The notes beneath the pieces were generated by a model, which saw nothing but the letters and a program-made list of their open reading frames with translations, was not told where the DNA came from and searched no databases. A DNA stretch of 64,000 nt from a virus. The stretch spans positions 1 through 64,000 of IMG/VR virus record IMGVR_UViG_3300032046_000016; one strand, 5' to 3'. Position 1 is the first letter of the stretch. Every line of letters starts with the position of its first letter. Position numbers and translations under genes: made by a program. Positions 19,843 to 27,870 of this stretch are shown piece after piece.

Positions 19843-21198
19843 CTACGCCACGCTCACGCGGCGAGCGTTCGCGTGCAGCTTCTCCCACGGAATCTGGAGC
19901 GCCACCAGGCAGCGCATCAAGAAGTCGTACGTCCCGCGGGTGATCGCCAGCGGAATGTAGGCCATGAAGTTCGCCTGGGGCTGCCCCAACGGGTCGAGCA
20001 TGCCGACCAGCGATGCCCCGCGAGCCGGATTGCGATTGATCAGGAAGATCACCTCATCGCCGGCGTCGAGCGGCTTCTGGTTGGCGGCGTGCGGAGGCGC
20101 CGTGTACCCGCCGGTGTCGTCGAACGTGACCACCCGCGCCAACGGGTTGCCGTCCGCGTCGTAGGTGTTGGCGGGAATGACCGCCAGCAGCGTCTCCGTG
20201 CCGCTGGCCGTGCCCCGGAACACCTTGTAGAGGATGGCATCCGCGTCGTCGTCCCACGTGAGGCGGATGGTCTTGTTCGGGTTGGCGGTCGTGGCGTCGT
20301 CCTCGACCGCGGCCACCTGCTCGCCCCTCTGCGTGACCGACGCCACGCGATAGAAGAACTGCGTCGCGTCGGGCAGCGTGCCGCCGGCGACGGCTGCGGC
20401 GGAGAGGTTCCCCGGCTTCGCCACGCCGGTCGGCTTCACGTAGCTCGTTTCCAGAATGACCACGCCGCGATATGTTGACATGCGCATTCCGCCCTCGAAC
20501 TCCACGTCGGGCGTCTCCCGGCGGGCGAGGGTCTGAAGGCCGCTCACCTTCGAGTGCATGCCGATGCTCATCATGAACATCAGCGGGTCCTTCGCCGTGC
20601 CCCTGTACGGCGTGGCCGCGTCGATCAGCTCGTCCAGGACGCTGAGCGCGACGACCCCGTTCACGTCGAAGACGTTGGTCTGGGACAGGCGGTCGAACCC
20701 GTTGTACTGGTACGGGTCGCCGGACGCCGCGCCACCACCCGAGACGTCCTTCTCACCCGTGCTCCCGGAGGCGCCCCAGATGGTGCAGAACTCCAGCATC
20801 TCGCTGATGCTCTCCACGCCGGCGCCCTGCTCCAGGAGCAGAGAGTCGAAGAACTTCTTGCTCGCGCCCATCTGGAAGCCCGAAACCGAGCCCCAGTAGT
20901 CGTCGATCTTCAGGGTGACGGTGGGGCGATCGAAGGTCGACGCGCCAGGGCTGGTCTCCTTCGCCAGCTCGCCCTCGAAACGGGCCTGCTGACGCGCCGT
21001 GCGCCGCACGATCTCGTGCACCCGGGCCGTGGCCTGCGTCCTCTCAAGCAGGGCTACCAGCGGATTCTGGCTCAGAAGGTCCTCCACGAGGACCTTCTCC
21101 AGGTCTTCCGCCTGGAGAGCGGCACCAGAGCCGGAAGCCGCCGTCAGCGCCTTGATGAGCTCGCTGGTGGCCCCTTGAACCTGCGCGCTGGGGGGCAT
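19843..21198 (-). CDS. major capsid protein with inserted FN3/Ig-like domain
   Basis: KALT...ALQAEDLE N-arm, FEGE, YNGFDRL, YRGVVIL motifs; follows scaffold; strong RBS. Confidence 0.88.
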   Translation of the reverse strand: MPPSAQVQGATSELIKALTAASGSGAALQAEDLEKVLVEDLLSQNPLVALLERTQATARVHEIVRRTARQQARFEGELAKETSPGASTFDRPTVTLKIDDYWGSVSGFQMGASKKFFDSLLLEQGAGVESISEMLEFCTIWGASGSTGEKDVSGGGAASGDPYQYNGFDRLSQTNVFDVNGVVALSVLDELIDAATPYRGTAKDPLMFMMSIGMHSKVSGLQTLARRETPDVEFEGGMRMSTYRGVVILETSYVKPTGVAKPGNLSAAAVAGGTLPDATQFFYRVASVTQRGEQVAAVEDDATTANPNKTIRLTWDDDADAILYKVFRGTASGTETLLAVIPANTYDADGNPLARVVTFDDTGGYTAPPHAANQKPLDAGDEVIFLINRNPARGASLVGMLDPLGQPQANFMAYIPLAITRGTYDFLMRCLVALQIPWEKLHANARRVSVA

Positions 21199-21277
21199 GA
21201 TTCATACCTCCTTCAACCGAAACCGCCACGCAGAACGATCCGGTCGCTATCGTCCGTCTGCAGGTAGGTTCGGAGCG

Positions 21278-22828
21278 CTACTCGACCCGCACCCCGAACA
21301 TGATGCGGTTCAGCGCGCCCAGCCTCTCACGCGGGGGCAGGGCGTCCAAGCGCTTGCGCAGGGCGGTCTCGGCCTCGCTACCCTCGGCCTCCGAGCCCTC
21401 CCCTTCGGGAGGGCTACCGCCGAGGCTCTTGTAGACCGGCCGGCGGGCCTTCGCAATCTCGCTACGGACGACCTTCGCCACGTCCACGAGGGTGAGCGGC
21501 GCGTCTCCGTTCTGACCAGTGTCACCAGCCGCGGCGGCGGGAGCCTTCTCCCCGGCATCCTTGGGCACCAGGCCGGTCCCCTTCGCCACGTCCACGATGG
21601 CGCCCTGAAGGTCCTGCACCCAGGCAACCAGCTCCTTCATGGCGTCGCGGATGCCCGTCGCGTCGACAGCGCCATCGGCGCGCTTCTCCACGGCGGGAGC
21701 CGGCGTACCGTCGCCATCGGCCTTCTGGGTAGAGCCCTCCTCGAGCAGGGCGAGCATGGCCTTCACGCCCTCCTCGATCTTGTCCATGGCGCTCTTGATC
21801 TCGATCTGGGACTGCTTCGAGAAGCGGGCTCCCCGCTTCTCGATGTCGCCCAGCGTGAGACCGCTCATGGCGACGACGGCTTCCAGAGCCCGCTTCGAGG
21901 TGTCGGTCAGCTCCTCGCTGCCGGCCGCCTTCTCCGGCTTGTAGACGGTGGCCGCGTTCTCGAAGGCGGCCAGCCACCTGGAGTTGAAGTCGCCCAGCGC
22001 CTTCTTCATGAGGTTGCCGCGCTCGTCCGTCTTGACCTCCGCGGCCTTCAGGATATTGAGCGAGACCTGGTGCAGAGCGTCGCTCAGCCGCCAGAACTGG
22101 CTCGTCGCCTCCTGGCCAGCGATCAGCCCGGCGAAGTCGGTCTGCTTCGCCACGCCACCAGCCGGCGCCTCGGCCGCAGCCTTCTGGACCGCGGCTCCCT
22201 CACCAGCCGGCGCGCCCTCACCAGCCGGCGCTCCCTCACCGGTCGGCGCGCCCTCAGCGGCCGGAGCGGCAGCGGGAGCGCCCTCGCCGGCCGGAGCGCC
22301 CTCAGCACCCTTGGCCGCTTCGCCCTCGCCCTCGCCCTCACCTTCGCCGTCGCCACCCTTCTTGGTGGGCTCCGGATAGCCGTACTTCGGCTTCTCCTTC
22401 GGCTTCTTCGCCTTGCCCGCGATGGCGGCGCGCAGCGCCTTAACCGCCTCCTGGAGGGGAGCCGGCAGGGAGTCGAAGACCTTGTCGAGCTGCTCGACAG
22501 CAGCCTTCACGGCCTTCACCTCGTCGTCCCCGAGGTCGCCGGCGGCCTTGCTCACCAGCACATCGAGGGCATTGGTGATCTCCACGGCCGCTTCCTTGCT
22601 TAGCTGGTCACCCTCGACCAGCACCGCCAACCCGCGGCCAATGGAGGCGACCTGGCCAGCCAGGTCCTTGGGGTCGGTGTCCAAGTCCGACATTCTCGCG
22701 CCTCCTTCTTGTCTGCGCTTCACGACCCACCAGTCCTCACCCAGGGCTGGCACGTCTACTAGGTCCACCCCACTGACGTGGAGATCGACCAGCTCTCCGA
22801 CTTCATCGGGCTTCTTCGCGTCAGGCAT
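21278..22828 (-). CDS. capsid scaffolding protein (N-terminal protease-like VDLVDVPA strand)
   Basis: Acidic helical protein with APAGEG repeats upstream of MCP. Confidence 0.7.
   Translation of the reverse strand: MPDAKKPDEVGELVDLHVSGVDLVDVPALGEDWWVVKRRQEGGARMSDLDTDPKDLAGQVASIGRGLAVLVEGDQLSKEAAVEITNALDVLVSKAAGDLGDDEVKAVKAAVEQLDKVFDSLPAPLQEAVKALRAAIAGKAKKPKEKPKYGYPEPTKKGGDGEGEGEGEGEAAKGAEGAPAGEGAPAAAPAAEGAPTGEGAPAGEGAPAGEGAAVQKAAAEAPAGGVAKQTDFAGLIAGQEATSQFWRLSDALHQVSLNILKAAEVKTDERGNLMKKALGDFNSRWLAAFENAATVYKPEKAAGSEELTDTSKRALEAVVAMSGLTLGDIEKRGARFSKQSQIEIKSAMDKIEEGVKAMLALLEEGSTQKADGDGTPAPAVEKRADGAVDATGIRDAMKELVAWVQDLQGAIVDVAKGTGLVPKDAGEKAPAAAAGDTGQNGDAPLTLVDVAKVVRSEIAKARRPVYKSLGGSPPEGEGSEAEGSEAETALRKRLDALPPRERLGALNRIMFGVRVE
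22196..22350. repeat. coding low-complexity tandem repeats (GEGEGE / APAGEG)
   Basis: About 18-nt imperfect repeats within the scaffold gene. Confidence 0.75.
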
Positions 22829-22836
22829 ATCCGCTC

Positions 22837-23214
22837 CTAACGCTTCTTGCGCTTGCCGTTGTTCTCGACGAGCGCCACATGGACCTCATGTATGCTGGCG
22901 GCAATCTCTCGCAGGGCCGGCATCTCGGCATCGGAGTGCGCCTTCAGCGCCGCGATGAGCTCGGTATGCTGCACTTCTGTTGCCTCCAGCCTTCTCAACA
23001 GCTCGGTGATGAACGCCTCTCTGATCTCGGCCTGGCGCCTGGCCTCCGCCATCTGTTCCTTGACGAACTCCTCGAACGCCAGGCGCTGGCGTTCTGTGAC
23101 GACCTGATTGTTGCGCACCACCCACGTGAACACCCCCGCGAGCACCAGGGCGGAGAGGAGCGTGCCGCCTTCCTTCAGCGCCTCGTACCCGAAATCGAGC
23201 ATGACCAATGTCAC
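22837..23214 (-). CDS. membrane-anchored coiled-coil protein (BhlA/holin-like architecture)
   Basis: One N-terminal TM segment followed by a coiled coil. Confidence 0.5.
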   Translation of the reverse strand: MTLVMLDFGYEALKEGGTLLSALVLAGVFTWVVRNNQVVTERQRLAFEEFVKEQMAEARRQAEIREAFITELLRRLEATEVQHTELIAALKAHSDAEMPALREIAASIHEVHVALVENNGKRKKR

Positions 23215-26200
23215 TTGATCTCGGACCGCTTTCTGGGTATGCGGCGCGCCCGGCCCTCAATGCTGAACCCGGTCCGCTCACCCTTCTTCACGCGCTCCCA
23301 CTCGCGCGGATCGTTCACTCGCACGCCCATGATCCAGGTGCCCTTGACTACCTTATGCAGCTTGCCATCGGTTCCCTCCAGCTCGAAGTCTGTCGGTGCC
23401 AGGTAGCTCTCGACGACCCGGAGCCTCGGGTCGTCGTACACGTGCATAACGCCGATCTGCTGGAAGCGCTCCATAAAGCCGTGCGCCGCCTTGCGGATCT
23501 CCTCGGCCTTGACCACCTCGTCCTGGAGGTCGATGTACGGCCACGGCTTGAGCACGGGCCCGTAGACCAGGTGCTCCTCCTCGACCGCCTTGATGATCAG
23601 CATCTTCAGGACGATGCGGCTCTCGACGGCCTTCGCCTTCAGATCGACGAGCTTCGGCTTCTCCCCAGGCTTTGCCCACACCAGCCAGTGATCCCCGCGC
23701 TTCCGCCTCTCGTCTGCCACCTCGTCGAGCGTCTTCGTATCGGCGACTGGCGTTTCATCCTCAGGCCACTGAGCCAGCCAGAAGCGCTCGCCGGTGGGTC
23801 GGGGGACGGAGCTGATCACCAGCCGGCCCTTCATGTCGCCCTTCTCGTCCTTCAAGAAGAGCTCGAAGCTGTGGCGGTGCCACACGCCCATGTCCCAGGT
23901 GCCGTAGGCGACGGCGAACAGCATGCCGTAGGTCTTGGAGCTGGCGCCGGCCTCGCCAGGCTTGAAGACGGCGGGCTTGCCTCGCCCGACCTTCAGCCAC
24001 TCGACGGGCGGCGGGCCGTACCAGGTGCATTGGAAGCTGGGCGCGTGGTCGGCGGCGAGGAACTCGTCGGTCCCGTCGTCGTCGGTGTCCGGCTTGAAGA
24101 TGACGGGGTGAAACATGAGCTTGGGGCTGAACTGGCAGCGCAGGTCGCCGTGGTAGCGGTAGCCGGCCTTGCGCAGGTCGGCCTCGCTCTTGCCGGCGTC
24201 CTCTTCCTTGATGCCCATGTAGTGGTGGTGATAGACGAACTGGCCCGTGCCGCTGGGCGGCCACATTCTCTGCCAGTCGGTCTCCCAGAGGCGCAGGAAG
24301 CGCTCACCCCGCGACTCGCCCTCGCCCTGCTTCAGGAGGTGGATCAGCCCGATGTCGGGGACCTCGAGCAGCTCGAAGTCGGCGTCGGCGATCTCCGGGC
24401 AGGTCACTTGTCCAGACGTCTGGACTTTCTGCTTGGGCTCCTGGAGGACGTGGGCCCGGCGGGCGATATCGACCGCTTGGTTCGCGTAGTAGGCGTCCTT
24501 CCGGCTGATGTCCCGGTCGATCACGGTCGGCACGACCCAGTACAGGATCGGCTTCCCGTCCTTATCGGGACCGCTCACCAGCTCCTGGACCTGGACGGTC
24601 AGGACGGCGCCCAGGGGATAGGTGCCGTTGTCGCTGACGCCGCCGACGTCGATGTACTCCCGGCCGTCGTACTCCTGGAGGTTCGTGTAGCTGTCGCGTC
24701 CGTGGAGCAGCCCGCAGGTGTAGGTCTTCGAGCCGCCGGCGTTGTCCTTGCTGTCGATCACCGTCACCTTCAGCTCGGTGACGTGCTTCACCTTCGACCA
24801 CTCGTTCGTCGACCCGCCGATGCCATAGGGACCGTCGAGGGTCTTCACCATGGCGCCCTCGGACATGGCGACGGCGCTCGCCTTGAGGATCGCCGCGTTC
24901 ATCTGCGCGCGGTCGTGAACGATGGTGGTGCTGGTGATAGCGAAGGCGGCCTTCCCCTTCAGGTTCTTGGCGTAGAACTCCTCCAGGGCGGTGCGCCGCT
25001 CGGTCCACGGCTTCTCGTGCAGGTCCTCTTCCCGGTAGGGCAGGTCGAAGACGGTCAGCACGACGGTGGCGCCGGCCAGGTCGGGCTCGTCGGCCAGGAG
25101 CGGGTCGAGCTCGGTGCGAGGCAGCCGCTTGCCATCCCGTACCATGCCCATATCGCAGTCGAGAATGTAGTCGCCAGGGATGGCGAGCAGCATCTTCGCC
25201 AGGTCGGGGAAGACCTTGGCCCGGTCGCGGATATTCTCGAAGGCGATCTCGACGCGGCCGCCCGCCTTCTGCACCACCGTACGGTAGCCGTTGAACTTCA
25301 CCTCGACGTCGAGGCCGCCGGCGATGCGGTCCTTTGCCCAGTGATCCCAGAGCTCCGAGCTGGACAGGAACTCCGTGTACTCGGCGACCGCCGGCTTGGG
25401 CGGTATCCACTTGCCGAAGGGCTTCAGGGCGACCTTCTCCAGGTCTTCGGCCTGCAGCGCCATCCCAGAGGGCGAGTCGGCGGTCAGCGCCTTCGTCGTG
25501 GGCTTCACGGCCCGGAGGCGCCCGCGGACGTGAACCGTCTCCCAAAGGCCCGGCTCCTCGAACGTCTCCTCCTCAAGGTCCAGGATCTCGAACTCGGCAG
25601 TAGTGCCAGCCTCCTCCCGGAGCTTGGGGTCGGCGTAGAACTGGAAGCTCAGCTTGTTCCAGTAGCTCTTGTGGGTCGGGTCGGCGAAGGCGCCCTCGCC
25701 CTGCGTGCTCGGTACCTCGAAGGCCAGGACGCCGCCGGACTTCAGCACCCGCCAGATCTCGCCCATGATGGCGACCTGGTCCTCCAGGTGCTCCAGGAAG
25801 TGCCAGGCCCGTACCTCGTCCACGCTGCCGTCGGGCCAGGGGATGCCCTGGCTCAGGTCGTGGACGACGTCCGGCTTGACGTCGGCCCGGGCGTCGATAT
25901 TCACGTAGCCGTCCAGCTTCTCCTTCCCGCAGCCCAGGTTCAGGCGCACGGGCCCAGCCTTCTTCAGCGTGACCACCGCGCGCTCTTCCACGGGACGCAG
26001 CACCAGGTCGTACAGGGGAACGTAGTCGGAGTGGGGGCCGGAGGCGCTGAACACGTGATGCAGCTCGGGCTTGCCGCTCTTGCCTGGGTCAACCTCCTTC
26101 CGCATCAGGATGGTCAACCCTTCTATCAGGCCGGCGTTGTGGTCGCACGCCTCAAGCCGGTAAAGCAGGTCTACGTCTCCGGGCTTCGAGCCGTTGCCGC

Positions 26201-26534
26201 CGGCCTTGATCGCCAGGACCTCGTCGGCCGACTGCACCGCCGAGCCGACTATGCTCACGAAGTGAGGGACGACCAGGACGGGATCGGTCAGCCGCTTCAG
26301 CACGCTGTCGTGCTTCATGCCCCGCTTGTCCATCTCGGCGACGATCCCAGCGTGGAGGGCGCGGCAGCGCTTCTGGCTCAGCGGCTTCTCGTGGACAAGG
26401 ACCTCGTTGCCCTTCTTCAGCTCGGCCCACCAGATATGCGTCAGGCGGTGGTCAGCGACAAGCCCGCCATCCGATACCTTCGACGGGTCGAACGTGTCGA
26501 TGTCCTTGATCTTGGCGATGTCCACAGCATTCAT
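23211..26534 (-). CDS. polyprotein: NTase-like + SAM methyltransferase + ATP-dependent DNA ligase + LigD-PE-like + XkdF-type prohead protease
   Basis: VSIVGS...GDVDL; LNLGCG...HFLEHL...EIWRVLK; EVKFNGYR, VFDL, EGAMVK, WSKVK; FVYHHH...HGDLR; VYGPVL.P...DLQDE...VVESY...GTW...TGFSIEG. Start could be 26573. Confidence 0.85.
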   Translation of the reverse strand: MNAVDIAKIKDIDTFDPSKVSDGGLVADHRLTHIWWAELKKGNEVLVHEKPLSQKRCRALHAGIVAEMDKRGMKHDSVLKRLTDPVLVVPHFVSIVGSAVQSADEVLAIKAGGNGSKPGDVDLLYRLEACDHNAGLIEGLTILMRKEVDPGKSGKPELHHVFSASGPHSDYVPLYDLVLRPVEERAVVTLKKAGPVRLNLGCGKEKLDGYVNIDARADVKPDVVHDLSQGIPWPDGSVDEVRAWHFLEHLEDQVAIMGEIWRVLKSGGVLAFEVPSTQGEGAFADPTHKSYWNKLSFQFYADPKLREEAGTTAEFEILDLEEETFEEPGLWETVHVRGRLRAVKPTTKALTADSPSGMALQAEDLEKVALKPFGKWIPPKPAVAEYTEFLSSSELWDHWAKDRIAGGLDVEVKFNGYRTVVQKAGGRVEIAFENIRDRAKVFPDLAKMLLAIPGDYILDCDMGMVRDGKRLPRTELDPLLADEPDLAGATVVLTVFDLPYREEDLHEKPWTERRTALEEFYAKNLKGKAAFAITSTTIVHDRAQMNAAILKASAVAMSEGAMVKTLDGPYGIGGSTNEWSKVKHVTELKVTVIDSKDNAGGSKTYTCGLLHGRDSYTNLQEYDGREYIDVGGVSDNGTYPLGAVLTVQVQELVSGPDKDGKPILYWVVPTVIDRDISRKDAYYANQAVDIARRAHVLQEPKQKVQTSGQVTCPEIADADFELLEVPDIGLIHLLKQGEGESRGERFLRLWETDWQRMWPPSGTGQFVYHHHYMGIKEEDAGKSEADLRKAGYRYHGDLRCQFSPKLMFHPVIFKPDTDDDGTDEFLAADHAPSFQCTWYGPPPVEWLKVGRGKPAVFKPGEAGASSKTYGMLFAVAYGTWDMGVWHRHSFELFLKDEKGDMKGRLVISSVPRPTGERFWLAQWPEDETPVADTKTLDEVADERRKRGDHWLVWAKPGEKPKLVDLKAKAVESRIVLKMLIIKAVEEEHLVYGPVLKPWPYIDLQDEVVKAEEIRKAAHGFMERFQQIGVMHVYDDPRLRVVESYLAPTDFELEGTDGKLHKVVKGTWIMGVRVNDPREWERVKKGERTGFSIEGRARRIPRKRSEIK

Positions 26535-26542
26535 GACGACAA

Positions 26543-26569
26543 AGACCCCACCGAAAGACGGTGGGGTCT
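26543..26569 (-). terminator. strong hairpin (terminator or attenuator) immediately upstream of polyprotein ATG
   Basis: 11-bp stem AGACCCCACCG/CGGTGGGGTCT, 5-nt loop, short T run. Confidence 0.55.
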
Positions 26570-26616
26570 CCAAGGGACCTCTTCGTTAAGTGCTGGGGAT
26601 CAGATTCAGCGCCAGG

Positions 26617-27707
26617 TCATTGCAGGCGGGCGGCCGTCCTGTTGATCTCGGCTACCAGCTCGTCAAGGGGCACCTCCCAGTAGTGCCAGGCCCCGTGGTG
26701 CTTCTGGCGCATTCGCACCACGATCACGTCACGTCTAAGGCATACCATAAACCAGGGCGCTCCGCAAGCACAATACTGAGCGCGCTCGGCACCCTCTGCC
26801 GGCGGCGTCTCATGGGCCTGCAGCTCCCGCGTCATTGTCAACGATAGGATTCCTGCCCTACCGCTGCCCGCGCGGCCCGGCGTACCTCGCCGACTTCCCG
26901 GGCCGTCAGGCCCCATTCCTGGAGCTGCTCGTCGGACACGCCGTCAAGCTGCTCCCTGGTCAAGGTTGTCAGGCCACCGCCCAGCTCCACCACGTCGCCC
27001 TTCCAGCAGTCCATCAGGCGCTGCCGCAGGCGGGGCCGGATGCCCATCTCTTCCAGAAACGACGTGTCGTCCCGCCGGCTGACGGGATACGTCTTGACGA
27101 TCTTCGCAGCGCTACCATCAGGCACGGCTGGCCTCCTCTGCCGGTTCTCTACCGCCACCGCCGCTCTCACCCTTCTCAAGGCGCGGGCCCCAATCCTCCG
27201 CGCGCTCTTCGACAGGCACGGCCATGAGCACGCGGCAGCGAAGGCAGGGCACCACGTAGAAGGTCGATGGCTCCCCCGCCGTCGGGCCGAAGTCCAGCAG
27301 ATGGAACTCCGACTCGCCCTCGACCTGGACGCTATGCAGGTTCGGCCGGTGGCCGATCAGGACGCACAGCAAGCGCTTAAACAGATTCATGGCCTCGCTC
27401 CCTCTGCGGCCAGCTCCTCGGGCTCGTCGGCGGTGACGTGCAGGGCGGCGGCCGGCAGTGGTGGAAGCATCTGGACGTCAGCCGCCTCTGCGGGCGCGGC
27501 ATGGAGCATCACCGCCGTCATGGCGTCGATCTGCGGGTTCCGGGCGCCATCGAGCAGACCGAGCAACGTCATGCCCGTGACGGTCCAGCCGGACGGCCAG
27601 CAGCCGCGGATGATGCGCTCTGCCGCCTCCGCGTCGTGGACGATGAAGGGTGCCTCCGCCACGACACTACCGTCCTGGTCGAGAACCTTGAGCACATGCA
27701 GCTCCAC
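26617..27707 (-). other. cluster of four small hypothetical ORFs (26617-26835, 26838-27179, 27118-27390, 27387-27707)
   Basis: Overlapping coupled ORFs, some with CxxC motifs, behind their own promoter. Confidence 0.5.
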
Positions 27708-27734
27708 GCTTCACCTCCGACAACTATCGCGCAG

Positions 27735-27796
27735 ATGATAACACAACGACTAAGCCCGTCAATCGACCTTGACAGCACGGACAGGCGTGCTACACT
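27735..27796. promoter_or_regulatory. back-to-back divergent promoters
   Basis: Minus: TTGACG-16-TATCAT (27735-27762); plus: TTGACA-16-TACACT (27769-27796). Confidence 0.6.
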
Positions 27797-27799
27797 CAA

Positions 27800-27868
27800 G
27801 GTGCCCCTAAACAGGTGCCCTCCTGTGACGGAGCACAAGAGCGTCGGCGCCAGCCGGCGTTCTTGATG
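27800..27868 (+). ncRNA. candidate small RNA
   Basis: Plus-strand promoter with no credible ORF, ends in hairpin CAAGAGCGTCGG/CCGGCGTTCTTG, carries GGTGCCCTCCTGT. Confidence 0.3.
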
Positions 27869-27870
27869 TC

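Noticed and set aside
22196-22350. Tandem repeats as a possible CRISPR array or VNTR system
   Set aside because: In-frame low-complexity linker (APAGEG) with no unique spacers.
23211-26534. Intein or frameshift artefact explaining the polyprotein
   Set aside because: No intein C/S...HN-C/S/T termini or homing endonuclease motifs; the reading frame is continuous.
23208-26645. 1145-aa plus-strand ORF (also 9444-11798, 58198-59952, 21197-22603 and similar)
   Set aside because: Antisense shadows of well-supported minus-strand genes in high-GC DNA; no motifs or RBS.
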